A DNA stretch of 64,000 nucleotides from Patescibacteria group bacterium (GTDB lineage Bacteria > Patescibacteriota > Patescibacteriia > CAIXNZ01). Where the stretch lies: the NCBI GenBank assembly GCA_041651155.1, contig JBAZJU010000006.1:4638-68637 (forward strand). Reading direction: 5' to 3'. Of the stretch, positions 28,925 to 38,278 are shown piece after piece. The translations under genes were made by a program, and so were the position numbers. How positions within the stretch are numbered: the stretch's first letter is position 1; every line of letters begins with the position of its first letter. Under the pieces are notes generated by a model, which made no database searches, was not told the DNA's origin, and worked only from the letters and a program-made list of their open reading frames with translations.

Positions 28925-28937
28925 CAAGTTTTATCCT

Positions 28938-29786
28938 ATGTCTTTAATCCGCTTAACAAATTTATGCAATGCAAAATGTTTATTCTGCAATTTCCCAGAT
29001 GATTGCCGAGTTTTAAGTTTGGACGAAGCAAAAAAAGAAATTGATACTATTACTGATGATTCGGTTGCTTTTACTGGCGGTGAGCCAACGATTCATCCGT
29101 TTCTTAAAGAGACAATTAGTTATGCCAAGCAAAAAGGGATTAAAAACATTGAACTGCAAAGCAATTGTTTTTTGCTTGAAAATTTAGATTTGGTTAAGGA
29201 ATTAAAAGCATTGGGTTTGACCGGAGTTTTTGTTACAGTTCATTCTGAGCAAAAAGAAGTTTTTGAAAAAATCACCCAGGTGCCCGGGAGTTTTGAAAAA
29301 GTTTTGCAAGGAATCGCTAATTTAATTTCCTTAGGGGTTAAAGTGCGAATCAATATTGTTATTAATTTTTTAAATTATAAGAATCTAGAAGAAATCACTA
29401 AATTTATTTACAGCCAATTTCCACAAATAAAAAGTATTGATTATTCTTTTGTCGTACCGGTTGAAAAAGTTTTAAAGCAGCCAGAATTATTGCCAAAAAT
29501 AAGCGAGGTTGTACCATTTTTAAAAAAAGCCTTTAAATATTGCCAGGAAAATAAAATTAGTTTTTCTAATCCAGGCTGTGGCCTGCCTTTATGTTTTATT
29601 CCCGAATATAAAGAAAATAGTTTGGAATATAATTTTTTAAAAAAACAAATAGAAAATGGGTTAATTTCTGATAATCGTTTTGAAAAGATTAAGTTTGCTA
29701 AATGCAAAACCTGTGAATTTGATGAATTTTGTCTGGGCTTTTGGCCAAATTATGTTAAAATTCACGGTGAGCAGGAATTTATTTAA
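28938..29786 (+). CDS. Radical SAM protein, HxsC-like (5 of 6)
   Basis: CNAKCLFC, TGGEPT, LPLC and CKTCEFDEFCLG. Confidence 0.88.
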   Translation: MSLIRLTNLCNAKCLFCNFPDDCRVLSLDEAKKEIDTITDDSVAFTGGEPTIHPFLKETISYAKQKGIKNIELQSNCFLLENLDLVKELKALGLTGVFVTVHSEQKEVFEKITQVPGSFEKVLQGIANLISLGVKVRINIVINFLNYKNLEEITKFIYSQFPQIKSIDYSFVVPVEKVLKQPELLPKISEVVPFLKKAFKYCQENKISFSNPGCGLPLCFIPEYKENSLEYNFLKKQIENGLISDNRFEKIKFAKCKTCEFDEFCLGFWPNYVKIHGEQEFI

Positions 29787-29797
29787 TTTTATTATTT

Positions 29798-30691
29798 ATG
29801 GACAGAGTTGATATAAAAATCGGCTTTAAGTGCAATAACAATTGCCAGTTTTGCGTCCAGGGTGAAAAAAGGTATAAACATGAGAACAGAACATTGGATG
29901 AGATTAGGAACGCTTTAGCAGAGGCCAAAGGACAAGGCGCCGCAGGCGTGGTTTTTACCGGAGGTGAGCCGACCATTCATCCTGATATTTTGGCAGCCGT
30001 AAAATCCGCCCGTGATTTGGGTTTTAAAAATATCCAGATTCAATCAAACGGCCGGATGTTTGCCTATTTGGATTTTTGCAAAAAGTTAGTTTTGGCCGGG
30101 GCAAATGAATTTTCCCCGGCTTTGCACGGCTCAAACCCAGAAATCCATGATGAATTAACCAGCAGTCCTGGCGCGTGGCAGCAAGTGGTGCAGGGGATTA
30201 AAAATTTAAAATCACTGGGGCAGCATGTTTTGACCAATACAGTAATTAATTCTGAAAATTATCAGGATTTGCCAAAGCTGGCCCAGCTTTTTGTTGATTT
30301 GGGCGTTGACCAATTCCAATTTGCCTTTGTCCATATTTTGGGTACGGCAGAAAAAAATAAAGATTGGATTGTGCCAAAGATGAGTGAAGTGATGCCTTTT
30401 GTAAAACAAGGCTTGGAGATCGGGATTAAGGCAGGGAAGGTTGTGATGACTGAAGCTATCCCTTTTTGTTTAATGCAGGGCTATGAAGATTTTATTGCCG
30501 AAAGGATAATGCCTGAAACAAAAATTGTTGATGCCGAAGGCGTAATTGAAAATTTTGCTGACTATCGTTGGAATCAGGGGAAAGTTAAAAGGGAAGAATG
30601 CAAGGTGTGTAAATTTTTTAAGCTTTGCGAAGGCCCCTGGAAAGAATACCCGGAAATTTTTGGCTGGGATGAATTCCAGCCGATCTTATAA
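29798..30691 (+). CDS. Radical SAM protein, HxsC-like (6 of 6)
   Basis: CNNNCQFC, TGGEPT, IPFC and CKVCKFFKLCEG. Confidence 0.88.
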   Translation: MDRVDIKIGFKCNNNCQFCVQGEKRYKHENRTLDEIRNALAEAKGQGAAGVVFTGGEPTIHPDILAAVKSARDLGFKNIQIQSNGRMFAYLDFCKKLVLAGANEFSPALHGSNPEIHDELTSSPGAWQQVVQGIKNLKSLGQHVLTNTVINSENYQDLPKLAQLFVDLGVDQFQFAFVHILGTAEKNKDWIVPKMSEVMPFVKQGLEIGIKAGKVVMTEAIPFCLMQGYEDFIAERIMPETKIVDAEGVIENFADYRWNQGKVKREECKVCKFFKLCEGPWKEYPEIFGWDEFQPIL

Positions 30692-30693
30692 AT

Positions 30694-32175
30694 ATGCAAA
30701 ATCCATTTGAAGTTATTTTTTTAGCTTTTTTATTTATCTTTGGCATCATAATCTGCTATGAGGATTTTAGGTTTGACAAAATCAGGAATAAATGGATTAA
30801 ATGGGGTTTTATAATCGGCGTTGCTTTGTACTTGTTGCAGATTATTTATTTAATTTTTTCATCTCAAACAATTGAATTGCATAATTATTGGCAGATAATT
30901 TTAAATACCTTGATTGCCTTTGTTTTGGGGTTTACCCTCTGGTATTTTAAGCTTTGGTCAGGAGGTGATGCGAAACTATTTACTCTCTTTGTTTTTTTAC
31001 TGCCGATCAGCTTCTATTCTGAATGGAATTTTATTTATTGGCCGCCTTTAAATTTATTGATAAATATTACAATTCCGATTTTTATTTATTTGCTGATTAA
31101 ATTTTTACTTTATCCCTTTCAATTGCTGATAAATTATCTAAAAAATCCCCATTTACTTAAAGAATATTATCGCAATTATAAAAGCAGGAATAAGCTTGAT
31201 AAGAAAAAAATCAATGAATATTTGGCTGCGGCCTTGAGCTTTGTTATAATTTTGATATTTTTTCAAATTATAAGAGTGCGGTTGGGCGATTTTTTGCATC
31301 CTTATCTCGGCAGCCTGATGATTGCTTTTTACTTTTTTATGGGTTTTGTAGTTTTTCAGCCCTTGCGGAAATTAATGCAAAAAAGAATTATTTTGGCTTT
31401 AATTTCAGTGATTGCGTACTTTGTGGCTGGAATCATATTTTTTCGTAATTTGGTTTTCGCTGATTTGCACAATTTATTTGCCGTGCAGTTAATTTTTATG
31501 CTTTCTTATTATTATATCTTCAAATACGGCAAAGCCCTGATTATGTTTTTGTATAATTCAGCTGAAGTAAGAATGATTCCGGTAGAAGAACTGCAGGCCG
31601 GAGTTTACATTAACAAAGATTATGTCAGTAATGTTTTAGGCAATCGTTTTAATCTGGAAAATTTTAAAAACAGCCTGGATGCAACTTTGGCTAATGAGGA
31701 CAAGGAACAATTATGGAGCCTGCTTAAGCAAAAATCAGACAAAAGCCATAAGGAAAAACAATATATTCAGCTGGTTGCTTATTTGAATCCGCAAAGTTGG
31801 CCGTATTTAATCAAGCAAATTTTTCAGATAAGAAAACAAAAAAAGGCTGGCCAAGACCTGTTGGAAAAAATTTCCGCCAAGTTAAATTTAGAACAAAAAT
31901 CAGAATTAGAAAATATTTTAAATCACACGGATGAATTTAAAAAATTTTTAAAGTCAATTCGCGGAAAATTAACTGCAGAGCAAGCAGACAAACTAAAGGC
32001 CATGATAATGCAAAGAAACGAAGAGATTAAAGCCCATGGCTTGCAGCCGATTGATAAAATTATTTTGCATAAAACCTTTGCTTTTGCGCCTTTTATGCTT
32101 TTGGGCGTGATTATAACTCTCGTCACAAAAAGTTCTTTAATTCATTTAATTTACGTTTACATTTTGCACAAGTAG
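30694..32175 (+). CDS. A24-family (prepilin/FlaK-type) aspartic peptidase with a large soluble insertion
   Basis: First catalytic Asp in YEDFRFDKIRN, GxGD-type SGGDAKL, C-terminal FAFAPFMLLG, many TM helices; starts 2 bp after the last radical SAM gene. Confidence 0.82.
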   Translation: MQNPFEVIFLAFLFIFGIIICYEDFRFDKIRNKWIKWGFIIGVALYLLQIIYLIFSSQTIELHNYWQIILNTLIAFVLGFTLWYFKLWSGGDAKLFTLFVFLLPISFYSEWNFIYWPPLNLLINITIPIFIYLLIKFLLYPFQLLINYLKNPHLLKEYYRNYKSRNKLDKKKINEYLAAALSFVIILIFFQIIRVRLGDFLHPYLGSLMIAFYFFMGFVVFQPLRKLMQKRIILALISVIAYFVAGIIFFRNLVFADLHNLFAVQLIFMLSYYYIFKYGKALIMFLYNSAEVRMIPVEELQAGVYINKDYVSNVLGNRFNLENFKNSLDATLANEDKEQLWSLLKQKSDKSHKEKQYIQLVAYLNPQSWPYLIKQIFQIRKQKKAGQDLLEKISAKLNLEQKSELENILNHTDEFKKFLKSIRGKLTAEQADKLKAMIMQRNEEIKAHGLQPIDKIILHKTFAFAPFMLLGVIITLVTKSSLIHLIYVYILHK

Positions 32176-32232
32176 GCCTTTACATCTATGGGTTTTAAGC
32201 CTATAATAAAGATATCAAAATTAATTAAAGAT

Positions 32233-32559
32233 ATGGAAAACGAACAAAAATATTTAACTAAAACTGAATTAGCTGAATTTACTGAAGAAACTTTATTGCC
32301 GGCTGTGGAAAAAATTGTTGATGATAAGCTCGAGGAAAAACTAGAAAATAAGCTAAATGCAAAGTTTGGTGAATTTAAGCATGAAATAAAAAGCTATATT
32401 GATGATAAGCTAGCTGATACAAAAGGCGATATTATAGCGGTAATAAAGGGCGAAAAGGAAAGAGACAGGAGTTTTAAAGAAAAAGTGGTTGAAATTTTTA
32501 AAAGAAATAAATTGGCAGATAGAAAGGAAGCTGAATTATTAGAATCTTTGATTCATTAA
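32233..32559 (+). CDS. Hypothetical coiled-coil protein
   Basis: K/E-rich helical ORF; start moved to ATG 32233. Confidence 0.65.
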   Translation: MENEQKYLTKTELAEFTEETLLPAVEKIVDDKLEEKLENKLNAKFGEFKHEIKSYIDDKLADTKGDIIAVIKGEKERDRSFKEKVVEIFKRNKLADRKEAELLESLIH

Positions 32560-32611
32560 GCTTGTATTTTAAAGCTATAAAAAGGATATAAATTTGATTA
32601 ATTTAAAATAT

Positions 32612-32875
32612 ATGTTAGAAAAAAATGATTTATTACAACTTGAGCAACTTTTAGATAGAAAGCTGGATGAAAAATTAGATGAAAAGCTTGATCCTATCAT
32701 GCAAAGGCTAAATTCTATTGAGGAAGAAATTGCTGATATTAAAATAATATTAGCGAGAATTGATAAAAGGACAGATGAGGATGTTAGTGCGGCCTATAAA
32801 GAAATTGAGAAATTAAAAGATAGAGTCAGCGACTTAGAAAATCAAGTAAAAATGCTTAAAATTCAAAGTGCTTGA
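32612..32875 (+). CDS. Hypothetical coiled-coil protein
   Basis: LDRKLDEKLDEKLD repeats; start moved to ATG 32612. Confidence 0.65.
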   Translation: MLEKNDLLQLEQLLDRKLDEKLDEKLDPIMQRLNSIEEEIADIKIILARIDKRTDEDVSAAYKEIEKLKDRVSDLENQVKMLKIQSA

Positions 32876-32902
32876 TTTTTTATTTAGTCATAGTATCTTT
32901 AG

Positions 32903-32925
32903 GGCCTCTTTAATAGAGGCTTTTT
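32903..32925 (+). terminator. Probable intrinsic terminator
   Basis: GCCTCT-ttaat-AGAGGC followed by TTTTT. Confidence 0.55.
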
Positions 32926-32961
32926 GATTTTTTTTAAAATTTAAGTTAAGATAAAAGTATT

Positions 32962-34338
32962 ATGATAAAGCTATACAATACTTACTCTAAAAAAATTGAA
33001 GAATTTAAAGCCCTAAATGACAAAAAGGTGAGCATGTACACTTGTGGCGTGACTGTTTATGATTATGATCACCTTGGCCATGCCTGGACTTATACTTACG
33101 CAGATTTATTGCGCCGGATGTTTGAATATAATGGCTATAAAGTAAAACAAGCCTTGAATATCACAGATGTCGGGCATTTAACCAGTGATGCTGATACTGG
33201 CGAGGACAAGCTGGAGAAAAAAGCCCGCGAACAGGGCAAAACAGCCTGGGAAATTGCAGAATTTTTTACTAAAGTTTACTTAGACAATCGCCAGAAATTA
33301 AATCTGGAAAAACCAGAGATTATTTGCAAGGCCACAGATCATATCAAAGAAATGATTAAATTAGTCCAGGTTTTGCTGGATAAGGGTTATGCTTATGAAA
33401 TCAGCGACGGCATATATTTTGATACTTCAAAATTTAAAGATTATGGCAAATTATCAGGCAATACCTTGGCCAGTTTAATGGAAGGAGCCAGAGTTGAAAT
33501 CAACCCAGAAAAGAAAAACCCGACTGATTTTGCTGTCTGGAAATTCTCATCTCAGAGCCAAAAACGCCAGATGGAATGGCAGGCTTTTGGGCATAAAGGT
33601 TTTCCAGGCTGGCATATAGAATGTTCTGCCATGAGCATGGCTTATTTAGGCCCATCTTTAGATGTGCACACTGGCGGTGAAGATAATATCTTTCCCCATC
33701 ATGAATGCGAAATTGCCCAGTCAGAAAGCTCAACTGGCCAGAAATTTGTGGACTATTGGTTTCATACCAGATTTTTATTAATTGAAGGCCAGAAAATGTC
33801 CAAATCCTTAAAGAATTTTTTTACGATTAAGGATCTTGAAGCTAAAGGTTTTTCTGCTTTGGATTTGCGCTATTTATTTTTAACTGCTCATTACCGCTCC
33901 CAGCTGAATTTTACCTGGCCAAGTTTAGAAGCAGCCAAAACCGCGCGCCAGAAAATGAATGATTTTGTTTTGAGCATTAAAGTTAAAGGCAAAGTTAATA
34001 AAGAATACAAGGAAAAATTTACTGAAAAAATTAATAATGATTTGGATTTGCCAGGGGCTTTAGCCATTGCCTGGCTAATGATTAAAAATAATAATATCAG
34101 CGCCGAAGATAAAAAAGCGACTCTGCTTGATTTTGATAAAGTCCTGGGCTTGAATTTAGCCAAAGTGAAAAAAGAAAAAATTAATATTACCAAGGATGTT
34201 GAGAAATTGGTTAAGCAAAGGGAAATTGCGCGCAAAAAGAAAGATTTTAAAAAATCCGATGAATTAAGAGATAAAATTGAAGGTTTTGGTTATTTGGTTG
34301 AGGATACCGCCGATGGTTCATTAGTTAAGAAAAAGTAA
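32962..34338 (+). CDS. cysS: Cysteine--tRNA ligase
   Basis: MYTCGVTVYDYDHLGH (HIGH), PGWHIECSAM, FPHHECEIAQS and KMSKS motifs. Confidence 0.98.
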   Translation: MIKLYNTYSKKIEEFKALNDKKVSMYTCGVTVYDYDHLGHAWTYTYADLLRRMFEYNGYKVKQALNITDVGHLTSDADTGEDKLEKKAREQGKTAWEIAEFFTKVYLDNRQKLNLEKPEIICKATDHIKEMIKLVQVLLDKGYAYEISDGIYFDTSKFKDYGKLSGNTLASLMEGARVEINPEKKNPTDFAVWKFSSQSQKRQMEWQAFGHKGFPGWHIECSAMSMAYLGPSLDVHTGGEDNIFPHHECEIAQSESSTGQKFVDYWFHTRFLLIEGQKMSKSLKNFFTIKDLEAKGFSALDLRYLFLTAHYRSQLNFTWPSLEAAKTARQKMNDFVLSIKVKGKVNKEYKEKFTEKINNDLDLPGALAIAWLMIKNNNISAEDKKATLLDFDKVLGLNLAKVKKEKINITKDVEKLVKQREIARKKKDFKKSDELRDKIEGFGYLVEDTADGSLVKKK

Positions 34339-34361
34339 ATTTAAAGAAGTAAACAAGTTGT

Positions 34362-35522
34362 ATGGATTTAGAAAGCTATAAGAAATTAGTTGAGGAATTA
34401 GATGATAAAATTGGGAAAAAAAGAAATTCGATTAGAATATTATTTTTCATTGCTTTATTCATAGTTTTGTTTATTTTAGCTAATAAATATTCTTGGGCTG
34501 AAACTTTGGGCTGGAAGTTTGCATTAGCTTTTATTTATACTTGCTATCCAGGCTTTATGCTATGGGCTCCATGGGATTTTAACTGGATTTTGCAGTATTT
34601 TAAAAGCTATAGGGAATTATTGCAAAAAATAAAAAGTTATAAGGAGGAAATAAAAAAAATAGAAGAAACAAATAAAGTAGTGAAAAATAAGGAAGGGATT
34701 GAGAAGCTTGAAAGATTGAGAACTGTTTATTCAGAAATTTTTAATAGAAGAATAAGCGTTGAATCTTTGGAAGAATATGAGGAGTTTATTAGTATTGATA
34801 AAGATTTGTCAACCAATAATTATTACTTTGATTATGAGACTCGTAGGAAATATGAATTACTGCACAAATATTCAAAACAATTACAAGAAAGAATAATAAA
34901 TTTTAATCAAGATAAAAGAATCGGGGTGGTAAAAACGTTTATTGGTATAAAAAATGAAAATATTTCTAATGAATCTGATGTAAAAATAAATTTTAATGCT
35001 GAACAAAAAGTAAGATTAGTAAATATTGAAAGTTTTAAAAATAAATATAAGCAGTATAAGATTCGAGACGGAAAAGAGGATTGGAGGTCTGGTAGAAAGA
35101 TCAAAATTGATTATTTAAAGAAAAATTTGCAAAACATTAATCTTGGGTTACAAGGCGAATTAATTGTATTGGATTGGGAGAGAGATAATCTAATTCAATG
35201 CGGTCTTAACAATTTAGCTGAAAAAGTTCGGCACATATCGCAAGAGCTTGGAGACGGAGTAGGATTCGACATACTTTCTTATGACGAAAATGGTAACGAA
35301 AAATTTATAGAAGTAAAAACTACAAAAAGTGGCATGAATACTCAGTTTTATTATTCTGAAGGTGAATTGAATTTTATTAATAATACACAAAATTATTATT
35401 TATATCGTTTGAATTTAGAAAATGAGGATGAAGCGGAATTGACGATTATTAGTAAGGACGAATTTTTGAATAAGTTTGAAGTTTTACCTTATCAATATAG
35501 TGTTAAATTTAAAAATGAATGA
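34362..35522 (+). CDS. Membrane-anchored DUF3883 (NOV-C, PD-(D/E)XK-like) domain protein
   Basis: Two N-terminal TM helices; GLQGELIV...GDGVGFDILSY...FIEVKTT motif. Confidence 0.8.
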   Translation: MDLESYKKLVEELDDKIGKKRNSIRILFFIALFIVLFILANKYSWAETLGWKFALAFIYTCYPGFMLWAPWDFNWILQYFKSYRELLQKIKSYKEEIKKIEETNKVVKNKEGIEKLERLRTVYSEIFNRRISVESLEEYEEFISIDKDLSTNNYYFDYETRRKYELLHKYSKQLQERIINFNQDKRIGVVKTFIGIKNENISNESDVKINFNAEQKVRLVNIESFKNKYKQYKIRDGKEDWRSGRKIKIDYLKKNLQNINLGLQGELIVLDWERDNLIQCGLNNLAEKVRHISQELGDGVGFDILSYDENGNEKFIEVKTTKSGMNTQFYYSEGELNFINNTQNYYLYRLNLENEDEAELTIISKDEFLNKFEVLPYQYSVKFKNE

Positions 35523-35642
35523 CAAAAATATAAAACTTATGTAAAATGTCGCACTTTAGTTCGACTAAGCTCAATGTAAACTTTTGACTAAGTTCTGAGC
35601 TGGCCGAATGACCAATGTGGCATTTTTTTGATTTTATAGTTT

Positions 35643-36587
35643 ATGAAAAAGAATTTCTGGAACAATTTAAAAAAGCCGATTATTGCTTTGGCGCCAATGG
35701 CGGGAATTACTGATTCTTCTTTTCGGCAGATTTGTAAAAAGTTTGGCGCAGACGTAGTATATTCGGAAATGATTTCCGTTGACGGCTTGAATTATTTGTC
35801 AGCAAAAACTTTTGAATTGCTTAAATTTGAGCAAAAAGAAAAGCCAATCGTTATTCAGCTATTTGGTTCTAAACCTGAATTTTTCGCCAAAGCAGCCCAA
35901 GTAGTGCAGGAAGTCGGAGCTGACGGGGTGGATATTAATTTTGGCTGTCCGGCGCCCAAGGTTTTTAAATGCGGCGGGGGAGCGAGCTTAATGAAAGATT
36001 TGGATTTATGTTATGAAATTATTAAGGCAACTTGTTCTGCGGTTAAAATTCCGGTTTCCATAAAAATTAGAAGTTCAGTTGGCAAAGTCACGGCTTTGGA
36101 TTTGGTTAAAAAGATTAAGAACTTACCAGTAGCAGCGATTATGGTTCATGGACGGCGTTATGAGCAAGTTTTTAGCGGGGAAGTTGATTTGGCTATGATC
36201 AAGAAAGTAAAAGAAAATTTCAGGAACATTGTTTTGGGTAATGGGGGAATTATAAATCCACACAAGGCCAAAGAACTGTTGGTTCAGACCAAAGTTGATG
36301 GTCTTGGTTTGGCTCAAGGTATTTTGGGTAAACCCTGGCTGTTTAAGCAAATTAAGGATTATTTAAAAACTGGCAAGTTTAAGGAAATTAAATTAGCTCA
36401 AATAAAAAAAGTCGCTTTGGAACACGCGGCTTTGAATTATAAATTAAAAGGCAAACAAGGGATTTTGGAAATGCGCAAGCATTTGGCTTGGTATTTCAAA
36501 GGTTTTAGCGGAGCCCATGATTTACGGCAAAAATTAATTCAGGTAAATAGTTTAAAAGAAGTCAAAGACATTTTAGGCAATCTTTAA
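35643..36587 (+). CDS. dusB: tRNA-dihydrouridine synthase
   Basis: LAPMAGITD, QLFGS, DINFGCP, VHGR and GNGGI motifs. Confidence 0.92.
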   Translation: MKKNFWNNLKKPIIALAPMAGITDSSFRQICKKFGADVVYSEMISVDGLNYLSAKTFELLKFEQKEKPIVIQLFGSKPEFFAKAAQVVQEVGADGVDINFGCPAPKVFKCGGGASLMKDLDLCYEIIKATCSAVKIPVSIKIRSSVGKVTALDLVKKIKNLPVAAIMVHGRRYEQVFSGEVDLAMIKKVKENFRNIVLGNGGIINPHKAKELLVQTKVDGLGLAQGILGKPWLFKQIKDYLKTGKFKEIKLAQIKKVALEHAALNYKLKGKQGILEMRKHLAWYFKGFSGAHDLRQKLIQVNSLKEVKDILGNL

Positions 36588-37519
36588 ATCCATTTTTTAC
36601 CTCTAAAATAGAAATACATCATAAGAGAGAAAAAGAGCATTAAGCTTAATATTTTCCAAAAATCCAGATATGAGCCGGCAATGGGCATATGGTTGACATT
36701 CATGCCAAAAATTGCCGCCATTAAAGTCAGGGGAAAAACAATTACTGAAAAAATAGTCAGGGTTCTCATGATGTCATTTAATTTAAAAGTAACTAAGGAG
36801 CTATTAGTATCTTCCAAAGCATTAATCGTTTGTTGATAATTTTCCAGTAAGTCCCAGATATTCTGGGTATGGTCAATCAAATCATTGTAATAAGATTGTA
36901 TCTTGGCCGCCTGGCCATTGAATAGATTCATTTCCTGCTTTACCAATTTTTGTAAAACTACCCGGTGGACTTGCATGATTTTGCGGAAATAAACAATATT
37001 TCTTTTAACTACTAAAATTTCACTGACCATTTCGCGCTCTTTGCCGGCAAAGATGTTTTTTTCAATATTGCTAATGTCCAGGCTGATATGATCAAGCATG
37101 GGGAAAATGGAAACATAAATGCGATCCAGAATCTCATAAAGCAGCATGGCCGGCGAATTATTCAGATATTTTTCTCTGGTTGCCTTGGCAGTCAGGCAGG
37201 CATCAAAAAGATCTCGCAGCGGCTGAAGCTGGTTATAATGAATGGTGATTAGATCATTTTTAGCCAAATAAATATCAATCTCAGCTGGCGTTATCTCTCT
37301 TGTTCTGCGATTATAAACCGGAAAAAGTAAAACCAAAAAGTAATAATTTGGCCTGACGTTTAGTTTCGGCCTTTGGGCATGTTTATGAGAATATGAATCA
37401 TCCAGATCAAGCTGGTCAAATTTATATTTTTTCTTTAAATTTGAGATTTCTTTTTCTGAAGCATTAAGGATGTTAATCCAGCTTGATTTTGAGCCATTGA
37501 TTATTTGGGTTTGAGGCAT
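36584..37519 (-). CDS. corA: CorA-family Mg2+/Co2+ transporter
   Basis: LTIFSVIVFPLTLMAAIFGMN signature with two C-terminal TM helices. Confidence 0.93.
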   Translation of the reverse strand: MPQTQIINGSKSSWINILNASEKEISNLKKKYKFDQLDLDDSYSHKHAQRPKLNVRPNYYFLVLLFPVYNRRTREITPAEIDIYLAKNDLITIHYNQLQPLRDLFDACLTAKATREKYLNNSPAMLLYEILDRIYVSIFPMLDHISLDISNIEKNIFAGKEREMVSEILVVKRNIVYFRKIMQVHRVVLQKLVKQEMNLFNGQAAKIQSYYNDLIDHTQNIWDLLENYQQTINALEDTNSSLVTFKLNDIMRTLTIFSVIVFPLTLMAAIFGMNVNHMPIAGSYLDFWKILSLMLFFSLMMYFYFRGKKWI

Positions 37520-37729
37520 GGGTTTTATTTAATATTTGTTTGAATATATTATAGCATAGAAAAGGAATTAGCTATAGGTTTTTAGTCGGGGCAACCAGTT
37601 TAGTCTTCCGGCTTATGCCTTAAGTTCTTGATAAAGACCAGCTACTATTTACCAAGCTGGCAGTTAAGACTTATAACCAAAGCCCATTTTCTTTTTTTTC
37701 CCAAAATATGCTATTATAAATACAAGTTT

Positions 37730-38269
37730 ATGCCCCAGAAAATAACAGATATTACCAAGAAAATTGAAGATCCTCAGGAGAAAGAGGTTAAAATCCAGCC
37801 AGAGCATACACAAGAAGCTCCGCGCATAATTGAAGTTGAAAAAAAAATAGAAGCCGCGCCTTCTGCTGAAATTTTGGTTACCCAGATTGTAAAAGAAGAA
37901 AAGGGAGAACCGCCTGTTTCTGCCGGGATCAGACAGGCGCCGGCCGAACCGGTAAAAAGCCCCATTCTGGAAAAAATTGAAGATGTTTTGCAGGAAGATT
38001 TGGAAGATATTTATTTTCAGCTGACTCCGGAAAAACAGGAAGAATTCAGGCAAACAGGCGAACAAACCGCCTCACAAATTGCGGTTTTAATGGGCGCAGT
38101 TAAAATTCAGGTCACTAAAATATTAGGCCTGATTATCAAATGGCTCAGAATTATACCTCACGTCAATAGATATTTTTTAGAACAGGAAGCAAAAATTAAG
38201 ACTGATAAGCTTATAGAGCTTAGAAATAAGGGAGAGATTATTAGTCCTGAAAATCAAAACAAAATCTAG
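37730..38269 (+). CDS. Hypothetical protein upstream of the TrwB/VirB4-like ATPase
   Basis: WLRIIPHVNRYFLEQEAKIKTD C-terminus; start moved to ATG 37730. Confidence 0.7.
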   Translation: MPQKITDITKKIEDPQEKEVKIQPEHTQEAPRIIEVEKKIEAAPSAEILVTQIVKEEKGEPPVSAGIRQAPAEPVKSPILEKIEDVLQEDLEDIYFQLTPEKQEEFRQTGEQTASQIAVLMGAVKIQVTKILGLIIKWLRIIPHVNRYFLEQEAKIKTDKLIELRNKGEIISPENQNKI

Positions 38270-38278
38270 TAAAAACAA

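Noticed and set aside
21738-30691. One radical SAM enzyme per HxS triplet (7 and 7)
   Set aside because: Numerical coincidence; six of the triplets are identical, so enzyme-per-site specificity is unsupported.
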